Below, piece after piece: positions 19,194 through 29,194 of a stretch of 64,000 nucleotides of DNA. The stretch lies in NCBI GenBank assembly GCA_034422315.1, contig DAOUJT010000003.1, positions 17,571-81,570 on the forward strand. Reading direction: 5' to 3'. The notes beneath the pieces were generated by a model, which was not told the DNA's origin, searched no databases, and saw nothing but the letters and a program-made list of their open reading frames with translations. This stretch comes from Chloroflexota bacterium (GTDB lineage: Bacteria; Chloroflexota; UBA11872). The position numbers were made by a program, and so were the translations under genes. How positions within the stretch are numbered: position 1 is the stretch's first letter; each line of letters opens with the position of its first letter.

Positions 19194-21235
19194 ACCAGGC
19201 TGGCCAGACCGCGAGATCCGACGGTCAGTGTCTGTCCCGGATGCACCAGCGTCGTCGAGTCCAGTTCTTCGATCACCGCGGGACCCTGGATCACGTCGGC
19301 CGGCGAGAGATGGCTCCGCTCGAAAACTGGGCAGGCAACCGGCTCGCGCGGATCGAAATAGACCCGGCGTTTCGCGCGCGGCGCGGCCGGCGGCCGTTCA
19401 GGCAGCGGCGACAGCTGCGGCTTCGAAGCCGCTCCCACCGCGCTCACACTCAATTGCACGACTTCAATGACCTCGTTCGCGATGCGATAGCCGTACTCCG
19501 CCTCATAGTGCTGCTCGAATCCGTCGATCAGCGCCTGCCACGCGTCCTGCGTCAGTGGACCGTCGGGGATCGGAATCTCTTCTTCGTAATTCTGCCCGAG
19601 GTACCGCATGTTGGCCGACCGGTGAATCGCCGGCGCACCCTCGAATCCTTCACGTCCAAGGTCTTCAACCGCCTCGCGAACCAGACCATTCAGGCGCACA
19701 TCCAGATCTGCCAGGTCCGGAGCATCGGAGCGCACGAGATGCGTCCAAGTCTTGTCGACACGAATGTCGGCCAGCAGCGTGCCGAACGCCGAGCAGAGTC
19801 CCGGATGCGGGGGGATTAAGGTCGCTTGCGTCCCAATAACGCGGGCTATGGCCGCCGCATGCAGTGGCCCCGCGCCGCCGAATGCCACCAGGCTGAACAC
19901 GCGCGGATCCAGTCCACGCTGCACTGTCAGCAACCGCATAGCCTCGGCGATATTCTCCACTGCGATTTCGACCACGGCATGGGCGGTGTCGACCGGCGGG
20001 AGCCCGACGTCCCGAGCCGTACGTTCAATCGCCCTGAAAGCAAGGTCCGCGTCCAGTGGCAGATCGCCACCCAGAAAGTTGTCCGGATTCAGCCGGCCCA
20101 ACACCACGTTGGCGTCCGTCACTGTGGCTTCCTGGCCGCCTTGCGCGTAACACGCCGGCCCCGGAACTGCGCCGGCGCTCTGCGGCCCGACTTGCAACAG
20201 GCCGCCCTTGTTCACCCACGCAATGGAACCGCCGCCGGCCCCCATCGTCGTCATCTCGATAAAGGGCGCCGCCACCGGCAGGCCGAACTCGATTTCCCAG
20301 GCCGTCGTGTACCTGATCCGATCGTTAGCAACCACTCCGACGTCGGTACTGGTCCCACCCATGTCGAACGTAATCACATTCGACGCGCCGGCCTCCGCGC
20401 CAAACGCCTTTCCGGCAATAATTCCCCCGGACAGACCAGACAGAACTGTTTGCACCGGACGCTCGCCCGCCGTCTCCGCCAGCATCTGTCCGCCGTTCGA
20501 CTTCATCACCGACCAGGACCGAGCGAATCCGCGCTCGCGCAAGCCAGCATCCAGGGAACCGATGAAACGGCTCACCAGCGGCTTGACGGCCGCATCCGCG
20601 ATCGTCGTGCTGGCCCGCTCGTACTCCCGCCAGATCGGTGCCACCTCGTGCGACGCCGAGATCGGTATCCCCGGAAACGCCTCCGCCAGTGCCTCTCGAA
20701 CGCTCGCCTCGTGGTCAGGCCGCACATAGGAGAAAAGGAAATTCAACGCAAACGCCAGGTCAGCCGGCTCGCCATCCATGCCGGCCAGCCGCTCGCGAAT
20801 CGCAGCGAGTAAGTCTTCGATTCCCTCGGCGGTCAACGCCGTCACGGTCTCGCCCTTGTAGTCGACCCGCTCCCGGATCCCCAGGCAGTCTCGTCGGACC
20901 ACCAGCGGCAGCGGGCGCTCCCAATCCAGGTCGTAGTGGAACTTGCGAGAAACCCGCTGTAGGAACGGAACGTCCTCGAACCCCTCGGTTGTTATGTAAA
21001 GCACGCGCGCTCCGCGCCGTTGCAGCAGGGCGTTCACCGCAACCGTGGTGCCCAGCACCAGGTACGTCGCGTTTGCTGGATCGATGCCAGCCTGCTCAAG
21101 AGCCGCCAGGATCGCCCGGCTCGGTTCGTCCGGCGTAGAGGGCAGCTTGACGACGTCCACCTGGCCCGTGGCCTCATCCATCACCACCAGGTCGGTGAAC
21201 GTGCCTCCGGTATCGATCCCGATTCGTACACCCAA
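19184..21235 (-). CDS. Hydantoinase A/oxoprolinase family protein (HyuA-like, ATP-binding subunit)
   Basis: 683 aa. MGVRIGIDTGGTFTDLVVMD is the actin-like ATPase phosphate-1 motif typical of HyuA. 10-nt overlap with the hyuB-like gene. Confidence 0.9.
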   Translation of the reverse strand: MGVRIGIDTGGTFTDLVVMDEATGQVDVVKLPSTPDEPSRAILAALEQAGIDPANATYLVLGTTVAVNALLQRRGARVLYITTEGFEDVPFLQRVSRKFHYDLDWERPLPLVVRRDCLGIRERVDYKGETVTALTAEGIEDLLAAIRERLAGMDGEPADLAFALNFLFSYVRPDHEASVREALAEAFPGIPISASHEVAPIWREYERASTTIADAAVKPLVSRFIGSLDAGLRERGFARSWSVMKSNGGQMLAETAGERPVQTVLSGLSGGIIAGKAFGAEAGASNVITFDMGGTSTDVGVVANDRIRYTTAWEIEFGLPVAAPFIEMTTMGAGGGSIAWVNKGGLLQVGPQSAGAVPGPACYAQGGQEATVTDANVVLGRLNPDNFLGGDLPLDADLAFRAIERTARDVGLPPVDTAHAVVEIAVENIAEAMRLLTVQRGLDPRVFSLVAFGGAGPLHAAAIARVIGTQATLIPPHPGLCSAFGTLLADIRVDKTWTHLVRSDAPDLADLDVRLNGLVREAVEDLGREGFEGAPAIHRSANMRYLGQNYEEEIPIPDGPLTQDAWQALIDGFEQHYEAEYGYRIANEVIEVVQLSVSAVGAASKPQLSPLPERPPAAPRAKRRVYFDPREPVACPVFERSHLSPADVIQGPAVIEELDSTTLVHPGQTLTVGSRGLASLVWA

Positions 21236-21311
21236 GACTGCGTCGTCCTGTGTCTAGTTCGCTCGGCGCCTGGTCCAACCAGGTTTCAGACGGCCGAATC
21301 TCGACAACAAC

Positions 21312-22619
21312 ATGCCGCGCCCCATTTCCGGCGTAGCCGTGCGGACGGCGCGGCGGGGCAACCTATCGACTATGCCGCCGAAGCGTCAACCGGCGCGCGG
21401 TTCGGAACATCCGTGCGCGGCGCGTAGCATACGCAGCGACTCCGACGACATCGGTGCAGACACGATCCAGCACGACGCCAGCCCCCCGCTTCGCGCCGCC
21501 GTCATAGGCCCGGGAACCATCGGGCGGATCCACGTCGACGCCCTCCGACGCAACGGCGTAGAGGTCGTCAGCCTCGTCGCGTCAACGCTGGAACGTGCCC
21601 GGGCGGCGGCTGACAGCCTGCGCGTTCCCCATGCGGATGAATGCCTGGCCGCCGCCCTCGACCGCGGTATCGACGCCGCCCACATCTGCGCGCCCAACGC
21701 TCTGCACCGCGAACTCGTGCTCCAGGCCCTGCAGCACAACGTCCACGTCATTTGCGAAAAGCCTCTGGGCATTGACGTCGCCGAAGCCGCCGACCTTGCC
21801 GCCGCCGCCCATCAAAGCCGCGCCGTCCACGCCGTCTGCTTCAACAACCGCTTCTACCCGTTGGTTCAGGAAATCGCTGCCCGACGTCGCGAAGGCCTGC
21901 TCGGCCGCACGTTCCTCGTTCGCGCCTCCATCGCCGACGACACCCTCTGGCACCGCAACGATTGGGACTGGCGGCTTGAGCCGTCAATCGGCGGGCCGAC
22001 GGTAGTCTCGTCGACTACCGGCAGCCACTTGCTTGACTTGGTGATGTTTCTGTTGGGTGCCCGCCCCACCGCACTCTGCGCCACATTCGGCACGGCTCAT
22101 GACGACCGTCGACCGGCAGGATCGGAAGCCACTGAGCAGATGGATTCGACCGGCTCATTCCGGGACGACCTCGCCGGCCTCTTGGTCCGTTTTTTGGATG
22201 GAACCCAGGCCGTCCTATCCCTTTCGCACGTCGCGGCCGGACATCCATACCGCGTCCAGGTCGAAATTGACGCAGAACTGGCCGGTGTGAGCTGGGATTC
22301 CGAACGACCCAACGAACTCCTGATTGGCCACCGCGACGAGCCCAACGAGTTGCTGGTCGCCGACGCCCGCCACATGCGGCCAGACGCCCGGCGATTCGTC
22401 GAAAAGGCCGGCGCCTACCGGGAAGGCTTTGACGAGACCTTCCGTCTGCTGTTTCGCGATGTCTACGCCCATATCGCCGCCGGCGACGACGCCCCCGTCC
22501 CCCACCCCACCTTCACCGACGGCCACCGACAGCTCGTCGTGCACGAAGCAATCCAGACCAGCGTCGCTGAACGCCGCTGGGTCGACCTCGACTGGTCCGC
22601 CTTCGACAGCCTCGCCTAG
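21312..22619 (+). CDS. Gfo/Idh/MocA family oxidoreductase
   Basis: Rossmann LRAAVIGPGTIGRIH..., ICEKPL motif. The start is uncertain (ATG 21312 or 21372; the conserved domain begins near 21490). Confidence 0.75.
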   Translation: MPRPISGVAVRTARRGNLSTMPPKRQPARGSEHPCAARSIRSDSDDIGADTIQHDASPPLRAAVIGPGTIGRIHVDALRRNGVEVVSLVASTLERARAAADSLRVPHADECLAAALDRGIDAAHICAPNALHRELVLQALQHNVHVICEKPLGIDVAEAADLAAAAHQSRAVHAVCFNNRFYPLVQEIAARRREGLLGRTFLVRASIADDTLWHRNDWDWRLEPSIGGPTVVSSTTGSHLLDLVMFLLGARPTALCATFGTAHDDRRPAGSEATEQMDSTGSFRDDLAGLLVRFLDGTQAVLSLSHVAAGHPYRVQVEIDAELAGVSWDSERPNELLIGHRDEPNELLVADARHMRPDARRFVEKAGAYREGFDETFRLLFRDVYAHIAAGDDAPVPHPTFTDGHRQLVVHEAIQTSVAERRWVDLDWSAFDSLA

Positions 22620-23802
22620 TGCCCCGTGGCGCGGACGGTAGACCGCGCGGCCTTCCCGTCTCGCATCACGAACGCCACCCGCTGCAGCACCGACAGGTCC
22701 TGCCGTGGGTCTTCCGGTACAGCGATCAGATCGGCGCACTTGCCAACCTCCACAGTCCCGGTTTCTCCATCTATCCCAAGCATTCGCGCGGCCTCCCGCG
22801 TACCGGCCGCCAGCGCAGCGTCCGCCGATAGCACCCGGCCCATCAACTCCATCTCGAGCGCGTTGCCCGGGCCGTGCAACGTATCCGCGTCCCCGACCGA
22901 GTCCGTGCCGGCGGCATAGCGAATACCTGCCGCCACACCCAGCCGTAGCGTCTTCATCTGCTCCCGTGCCGTCACCTGCGCCTCGGCCGCCGCACGTACG
23001 GCCCGAGTCCGCAGCGTTGGGACGATCCAGGCATCGCTGGCTGCCACCAGGTCAAACACGTCGTCGCTCAGCCCGTACCCGTGCTCGATCGTGTCCACGC
23101 CCCCGACCACGCACCGGCGCACGGCCTCCGAGCCAATGGCATGCGCCGCAACCGGCAGTCCCAGCCCATGCGCCGCCTCGCAGACGGCTCGAATCTCGTC
23201 AACCGTCAGGGTTGGAATGACGCCAAAGCCCTCCGCTCCCGGCCCTGTCGACGCGCCGATCTTTACGACGTCCACCCCCTCGTCATGCAGCCGACGTACG
23301 GCCTCACCTGCCGACGCAGCCCCACGCACCACTCGCGCCTCCCACCATGAAGGCTGCGGAATCAGCCACGGTCCCCGCGCCCCGGTCAGCCCCCGTGCGC
23401 CGCCAGGATCCTGGGTGCGGCCGGCGGATTGGTGCAGTTGGAGTCTCGGATCCACGGCGAAATCGGTGACCCGAGGTCCCGAACTGTCGTAAACCCCGCT
23501 TGCAATAGCGCCCGCGCCTGCCCCCGTGCGTTCGCCAGACGGGTTTCAAAGTCGGCGGGCACGACCTCGCCCGGAGTTAGCCCCCACAAGTGCATGTGCG
23601 CATCGATCAGGCCCGGCATCACCCACCACCCGCACAGGTCGAACACGTGGGAGTCGCGGTCCATTGACGACGCGCCCGCGCTCTCGATCGATTCGATCCG
23701 CCCGCCCGCAATCCGAATCGCGACACCCGCCTGCGGTGGCACGCCGGTGCCGTCCAGCAGATGTCCTGCCAGCACCGTCGTACGTGCCATGCCATCAGCC
23801 AT
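22616..23802 (-). pseudogene. Metal-dependent amidohydrolase (COG1228-like) interrupted by a single frameshift
   Basis: ORF 23386-23802 carries the N-terminal part with PGLIDAHMH (HxH) and ends ...PRILAAHGG*. ORF 22616-23455, in another frame, continues GLTGARG...VDVVKIGASTG...PVAAHA...DTIEHG...AGTDS. The frames join at a C5 run (23390-23394, G5 on the coding strand). Confidence 0.6.
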
Positions 23803-23962
23803 CGTCCTCAGAGCCTCCCGACTCAGCCCGCGTCGCGCGATCTACAAACTGCTTGCCGCGCGTTGTATTGATACGCTTTCGCGGCTGGCGAATCGCCGCC
23901 CTGCCCATCGGCAGGCGCGCACAGAAACGAGCGGCACCGTGGCGCGGATCGACTGTCTTTCC

Positions 23963-25444
23963 ATGATCCTGGACGACGACATCGCCGAGCGCGACAACTT
24001 CGGCTGGCGCGTCGAGCCCGCCACGCCCGATCCCGCCAACCCTCTCATCAAGCCGGAAATGCCCTGGGACCAGGGCGCCGTTTTCGCCCACGGCACGTTT
24101 CTGAAGGACCCCATTGATGGGCTCTGGAAGGGCTGGCACGTCTGCACCCCGTCGGAGGGCCGAAACTTCGAAGCCTATCGTCGTCTCTGCTATTCGGAGT
24201 CCGAGGACGGCGTCAACTGGACGCGCCCCGAGCTCGATCTCAACTCGTATGAAGGTCATCCCAGGACAAACATCATCTTCGATTTCGACTCCGGCGGCTC
24301 CTCGCAGTACGCCTCGGTGATCATCCATCCCGACGCCGAAGCCGACCGGCGCTACGAGATGTTCATCATCCGCGCCCCGTCCCGCCGTCCCCAGAATCTG
24401 GGATCAGGCTGGATTCCCGGTTTACCCCGCGATCCCGGTGCCGACTCGCACCCCTATGCCACCTATCGCTACCGCTCGCCGGACGGCATTCACTGGACCG
24501 CCGTCGAGGGCCCGCTCCTCCGAATCATGGCCGTCGGCGACCGCCTGATCATGCCCTACACCACCCCGATGGGAGGCGCCGATCAGGCCTCGTACTACTT
24601 GCTTGAGGACGGCACCTACGAGCTAATGCAGAAAGTCGGGACCGAGATGCATCCCGGCGGCTACGTCCCCTACGACTGCTTCTTCCCCTACGGTCGGCGG
24701 GTGTTGGCCCGGCGCACTAGTCCCGACGGCTCCAACTGGACCCCACCAGAAGTCATCGTCGAGCCCGATTGGAAGGATCCGCACGACCAGCAGTTCATGG
24801 AACTGATGCCCCACACTGTTCGAGGCGGCTACATCGGCCTCCTCTGCTGCTACAACGTCCGCGAGCAGACCATTGACTGGCAGTGGGCTGGTAGCCAGGA
24901 CCGACGCATTTGGAACCGTCCCTCCCGTCGGCCGACCCTGCCAAACGCCCCGCTGGGCGACTACGGCGGCGGCATGCTCTGGCCCACCCACCAGCTCATC
25001 GAAGACGGCGACCGGATCTACATGTACTACAGCGGGCTCGAAGGTGTGCACGGCGACGTCTACAGCATCGAGCCGTCCCTCAAGACCTTCTACGGCGCCA
25101 TCTGCCGCGCCAGCTGGGAGAAGGACCGCTACTGGGCCGCCGTCTCGGCCACCGGCGGCCCCGAAGCCGCTGTCTTCACTACCCACGTACTGCCGGTCGG
25201 CGGCAAGCGCCTCGTGCTCAATGCGGCAACCTCCACGGTTAGGGAGGGTGAACTGACCGCCGAACTCGTTGACGCCTCCGGCCAAGCAATCGAGGGCTTT
25301 AGCGCCGCCGACTACCAGCCCTGGCAAGGCGACTCCAAGTCACAGCCCGTGCGCTGGTCCGGCGGCGATGTCTGTCCTGTCGACAGTGCGGCCGTCCGCT
25401 TCAGCCTCCAGCGCTCTCGCCTGTACGGATTCGCCTTCGAGTGA
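23963..25444 (+). CDS. Beta-propeller glycoside-hydrolase-like protein (GH32/43/68-clan-like) with C-terminal beta-sandwich
   Basis: In-frame ATG at 23963 (the track ORF 23429-25444 is a read-through). Motifs KPEMPWDQG, SESEDGVNWTRPE, and a C-terminal ...RSRLYGFAFE. Paralog of 60948-62309. Confidence 0.6.
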   Translation: MILDDDIAERDNFGWRVEPATPDPANPLIKPEMPWDQGAVFAHGTFLKDPIDGLWKGWHVCTPSEGRNFEAYRRLCYSESEDGVNWTRPELDLNSYEGHPRTNIIFDFDSGGSSQYASVIIHPDAEADRRYEMFIIRAPSRRPQNLGSGWIPGLPRDPGADSHPYATYRYRSPDGIHWTAVEGPLLRIMAVGDRLIMPYTTPMGGADQASYYLLEDGTYELMQKVGTEMHPGGYVPYDCFFPYGRRVLARRTSPDGSNWTPPEVIVEPDWKDPHDQQFMELMPHTVRGGYIGLLCCYNVREQTIDWQWAGSQDRRIWNRPSRRPTLPNAPLGDYGGGMLWPTHQLIEDGDRIYMYYSGLEGVHGDVYSIEPSLKTFYGAICRASWEKDRYWAAVSATGGPEAAVFTTHVLPVGGKRLVLNAATSTVREGELTAELVDASGQAIEGFSAADYQPWQGDSKSQPVRWSGGDVCPVDSAAVRFSLQRSRLYGFAFE

Positions 25445-26364
25445 GCGTCCGCGTCGCGCTTCCCGAAGGAGTTCGCTGCGCGGTCGCCCTCAGCTACGAC
25501 CTCGAAATGTGCGCCGGCTACTCGCCGACGCTCGTCAACCACGGCCGCATCATGCCGCCGCTGCGCGACTACACCCTCGGACTGTGCGCCACCGCCGAGG
25601 CCTTCGACGTCAGCCTCCAGTTCTTCTACGTCGGCAACGGCCTCGAGGAGCCGGACATCGACTATCTCCAGGAGATTCTTCGTTGCGGCCACGTCATCGA
25701 CAATCACACCTACAACCACGTGCACCTGTCGATGCCTGACACCGAACTCCTCCGCCAGGAACTCGAACTCACCAGCCGCCGGCTGCGCGAGCGCCTGGGC
25801 GTGGAGTCCACCGTTCTTCGCGGCCCCGGCGGCCTTCCCGGCGGCCTCAACATGCTCTACGCCAATCAGCAAGCCATCTTGGAGAGCGGCTTCCGCTGGG
25901 TCAGCAGCCACATGGACAGCACCATGGGCCTCTATGGCCCCGAGCACGACGCAGCGGCGTCCGCCCGCCTCCAGGCCTACGCCTACCCAAACGGCCTGAT
26001 CGAGCTACCCATCCAAGGCTGGATGGACCGAATCTTCTTCGACTTCCACCGCTGCCACGATCTCGACGCCCAGGACGACTGGCGCCGCAACGACGGCCAC
26101 CAGCCCATCCCCGACGACTGGGTCTGCCCGTGGACCGACGCCACCGCGCTTGACGACTGGATCGCCTACAACCTGGCCGCCCTCGACTACGCCTACCAGC
26201 ACGGGCTGCTCTGGACGCCCGTCTGGCATCCCTACACCCACTACCTGCACGACCCCGACAACCGCGCCTTACCCGCGCTCCTGGAGCATGCGCGCGCCAA
26301 GGCTGACCCCGTGCTCGTCTGCACGGTCCGCCAGGCGGTCGGTTTCCTGAAGACTGCCGCCTGA
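25441..26364 (+). CDS. Polysaccharide deacetylase (NodB homology / CE4-like)
   Basis: 307 aa. GTG start overlaps the upstream stop (GTGA). ALSYDLE... and IDNHTYNHVHL motifs. Confidence 0.75.
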   Translation: MSVRVALPEGVRCAVALSYDLEMCAGYSPTLVNHGRIMPPLRDYTLGLCATAEAFDVSLQFFYVGNGLEEPDIDYLQEILRCGHVIDNHTYNHVHLSMPDTELLRQELELTSRRLRERLGVESTVLRGPGGLPGGLNMLYANQQAILESGFRWVSSHMDSTMGLYGPEHDAAASARLQAYAYPNGLIELPIQGWMDRIFFDFHRCHDLDAQDDWRRNDGHQPIPDDWVCPWTDATALDDWIAYNLAALDYAYQHGLLWTPVWHPYTHYLHDPDNRALPALLEHARAKADPVLVCTVRQAVGFLKTAA

Positions 26365-26380
26365 GTCCGCGACTGCTCGA

Positions 26381-27175
26381 CTAGCCCTGCCCCGGCGGTA
26401 ACCCGATCGTCGGCCGGCCTCGCGACTTGTAGCCGTAGTCGGCCATCAACACCGACTCGTCCCGCCAGGGCTCGGTCTCATGCTCCAGCCGCTTCGTGCG
26501 CGCCGCCAGGCCCGAGCAGTGCTGCGCCAGCACCTTGAAAATCTCGTTGGCCACCACCCGGTGCCCCAGGTCGTTCGCATGCACCCCGTCGTGATGCACC
26601 AGCCACTCCGCGCCGCCGTACGCGTTGTACACGTCGACAAAAAGGCAGCCCGTGGCATCCGCCACCTGCGCCGTCACAAAGTTGAACGACTCGAACACCG
26701 CATGGTTGGCGAAGCCAAAGTGGTCGTACGACGTGAAATCCGTCATGTAATACGGCCCAGGCACCACGATCAGCGGGTCGCACCCTTGCCGAATGGCGTC
26801 GATGACGGCCGTTAGTTCTTCCCGGAACATCTCCACCGGCGTCCCGCCCCGCGCGTCGTTCAGCCCGTACGAGACCACCAGCAAGTCCGGATCGTGCGCA
26901 ATGACGTGCTTCCCAACCCGTTCATTTGCCGCCGGCTTGCCCGAGTACTCGTACAGCGGCGCTCGCGTTGAAATTACATTCGCCCCAATCCCGCTGTTCA
27001 CCAGCTTGACCGGCTCGTCCTGGAAGTCGCTGATCAGGTCGGCAAGCACATTCGCCCAGCAGCGTTCGCGCGACGAACTCCATCCACCCGCCGTCGTGCT
27101 TTCGCCCAACGTCACAAGCACCCGAAACGGCTCCGAGTGCCAGTCGCGTACCTTCGAACTGGATTCCACGCTCAA
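26381..27175 (-). CDS. SGNH/GDSL hydrolase family protein
   Basis: 264 aa. Block I TLGESTTAGG, block III SYGLNDARGG, block V DGVHANDLGH. Confidence 0.8.
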   Translation of the reverse strand: MSVESSSKVRDWHSEPFRVLVTLGESTTAGGWSSSRERCWANVLADLISDFQDEPVKLVNSGIGANVISTRAPLYEYSGKPAANERVGKHVIAHDPDLLVVSYGLNDARGGTPVEMFREELTAVIDAIRQGCDPLIVVPGPYYMTDFTSYDHFGFANHAVFESFNFVTAQVADATGCLFVDVYNAYGGAEWLVHHDGVHANDLGHRVVANEIFKVLAQHCSGLAARTKRLEHETEPWRDESVLMADYGYKSRGRPTIGLPPGQG

Positions 27176-27190
27176 GCTCCTGTCGTACCG

Positions 27191-28036
27191 TCAACCCGGC
27201 CGCGCAATCGTCGGCTTCCGCCGGTGATGGTCAACCCTCGGCAGATAGTCCCGCTCAGACATCTCCCGCCCGAACTCCACGAGGTTGTTCACGGCCTCCT
27301 CGAACAGCAGCTTGCCCTTCGCGGCCGTGGCCACGGTCGGCGTGCCCTGCGTCCCGTCGGGCGTATAGGTGCTGGTATATCCGTCCATTCTCACCGGTCC
27401 CGACCCAAAGAGATCAACCCAGTGGTATTTCGACTCCTGCTGGTTCGTGTCCGTCACCTGGTCCACTGCCAGATCCATGCGCACGGCGTCGGGATCCATG
27501 TGCAGCGCGATCGCCGTTTCGGCCTCGCCCGCATGCGCCGCGCCTCCCGGGAAATCCGAGTCACGCCAGGTCTCCATGAATCCCGAATTGGCCTGCGTCA
27601 GGTTCCACCAGCTGGCCATCGCTGCCCAGGCGTCCGACTCCAGCATGATCCGTCGCACCGCGAGCTCCGTCGGCTGCTGGTTCGAACCGTGCCCATTGAT
27701 GAAGATCATCTTCTTGAACCCGTGGTACACGAGGCTCAACCCGATATCCACCAGGTACCGGATAAACGTCTCATGGTGAATCGTCATGGACCCTGGGAAG
27801 TCCATCACGTGCGAGGTGTAGCCATACGACACCGGCGGCATCGCCAGCAACAGCCCGTTGGAGCGTCGCGCCGCCTCATCCACGATCGAGGTCGATGTCC
27901 AACGGTCGATCTTTAGCGGCAGGTGCGGCCCATGCTGCTCGATCGTCCCAACCGGCAACACCGGAATCCGCCCGGCCTCGACCGCGTCGTTGACTTCGGG
28001 CCACGTCAGATCTTCGAATCGAAAGTCCTCAAGCAT
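27191..28036 (-). CDS. Creatininase family amidohydrolase
   Basis: ATG at 28036 preceded by GAGGAA. MLEDFRFEDLTWPEVNDAV..PVLPVGTIEQHGPHLPL and INGHGSN motifs. Confidence 0.8.
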   Translation of the reverse strand: MLEDFRFEDLTWPEVNDAVEAGRIPVLPVGTIEQHGPHLPLKIDRWTSTSIVDEAARRSNGLLLAMPPVSYGYTSHVMDFPGSMTIHHETFIRYLVDIGLSLVYHGFKKMIFINGHGSNQQPTELAVRRIMLESDAWAAMASWWNLTQANSGFMETWRDSDFPGGAAHAGEAETAIALHMDPDAVRMDLAVDQVTDTNQQESKYHWVDLFGSGPVRMDGYTSTYTPDGTQGTPTVATAAKGKLLFEEAVNNLVEFGREMSERDYLPRVDHHRRKPTIARPG

Positions 28037-28116
28037 GGAGCGGATTCCTCGTAGCGCTTTCCGCGTAGGATACGCACCGCGACGGACGCCTCGCTTGCCG
28101 TCCGAAGGAACACCCG

Positions 28117-29157
28117 ATGTCCCCAACGCGCATCGTCCCCAGTCCCTACGGCGACGTGGAACTTGGCGTCTTCCGCGAGGTCCTTTCCATCCCCGGCCGC
28201 TACCTCAACGACCACTGCCTCATCCGCCACGACGGGCTCTGGCACATGTTCGGCATCACCGGATCAGTGGACGACCCAGCCAGGCGTGAGACCTCCTTTG
28301 CCCACGCCACCAGCCCCGACCTTGAGCGTTGGGAAATCCAGCCCGATCCCCTACAGGCCACCGCCGCTTGGCCCGAGAACCTGGGCATCATCGCCCCCTA
28401 CGTCATCGAGCATCGCGGCCGCTTCTTCATGTACTACAGCGGGGTCGACCAGTGGACCATCCAGCGCCTCTGCCTCGCCACCTCGCACGACCTCCGCACC
28501 TGGGACCGCTATCCCGCCAATCCCATCGTCGTCCCCTCGCTCTCCTGGTCCAAGTGGCCCGGCTACGGCCTCCCGACGCCCCACGAACTCGGGCTACCGG
28601 AATCCGACATCAGCGGTCCCGCCCGCCGCAACTACGCCCGGCAGTTCGGCGGCACCTACGGCGGCTGCCGCGACCCGCACGTGCTCCAGCTCAGTGACGG
28701 CACCTTCGTCATGTACTGGGTCTCCCGCCTTCAGGAGCAACACGGCCACAACCGCGTCTGCGTCGCCGCCTCCATCTCCCCCGACCTCATCCATTGGCAA
28801 GAGGTAGGCCCCATCTTCTCCATCGAGGCCTGGCCCTTCGACGAGGAACCGACCCTTGAAGTCGAGTCCCCGTGCGTCATCCCCAAGGACGGCCGATACT
28901 GGCTCTTCTTCAAGCACGGCTGGTGGACCCACTACGTCTCATCGCCATCGCCGCTCGACTTCTCAGGCCAACCCGTGTCCCGCCTGGGCTTCGTGCACGC
29001 TGCCGAGGTTTTCAACTGGCGCGACACCTGGTGGATCACCCACTGCTCCGGAGATCCCACCGAATACAGATACCGCGAGTCCAATCGAACGCGCGGCCTT
29101 CATCTGGGCCGGCTCGACTGGCCGACCGGCGCCAGGCCACAGTTGGCCGAAGACTGA
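28117..29157 (+). CDS. Five-bladed beta-propeller glycoside-hydrolase-like protein (clan GH-J/GH-F-like)
   Basis: 346 aa. YLNDHCLIRHDGLWHMF, repeated S(P)DLxxW blade motifs, CRDPHV (RDP-like) and ESPCVI (EC-like). Confidence 0.6.
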   Translation: MSPTRIVPSPYGDVELGVFREVLSIPGRYLNDHCLIRHDGLWHMFGITGSVDDPARRETSFAHATSPDLERWEIQPDPLQATAAWPENLGIIAPYVIEHRGRFFMYYSGVDQWTIQRLCLATSHDLRTWDRYPANPIVVPSLSWSKWPGYGLPTPHELGLPESDISGPARRNYARQFGGTYGGCRDPHVLQLSDGTFVMYWVSRLQEQHGHNRVCVAASISPDLIHWQEVGPIFSIEAWPFDEEPTLEVESPCVIPKDGRYWLFFKHGWWTHYVSSPSPLDFSGQPVSRLGFVHAAEVFNWRDTWWITHCSGDPTEYRYRESNRTRGLHLGRLDWPTGARPQLAED

Positions 29158-29194
29158 GCCAGGCCGGCAACCTTGCGATTCGGCGTTTGGCTAG

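Noticed and set aside
23429-23962. 5' extension of the 671-aa ORF 23429-25444
   Set aside because: It overlaps the amidohydrolase gene on the opposite strand and translates to low-complexity Arg/Pro/Ser sequence. A conserved-looking N-terminus starts at ATG 23963.
17127-28036. A complete creatinine-degradation pathway (creatininase plus N-methylhydantoinase-like HyuA/B plus amidase)
   Set aside because: The creatininase-family gene is about 6 kb away, in a different divergent unit, and belongs to a broad family. No creatinine deaminase, carbamoylsarcosine amidase or sarcosine oxidase is recognisable. The link is too speculative.
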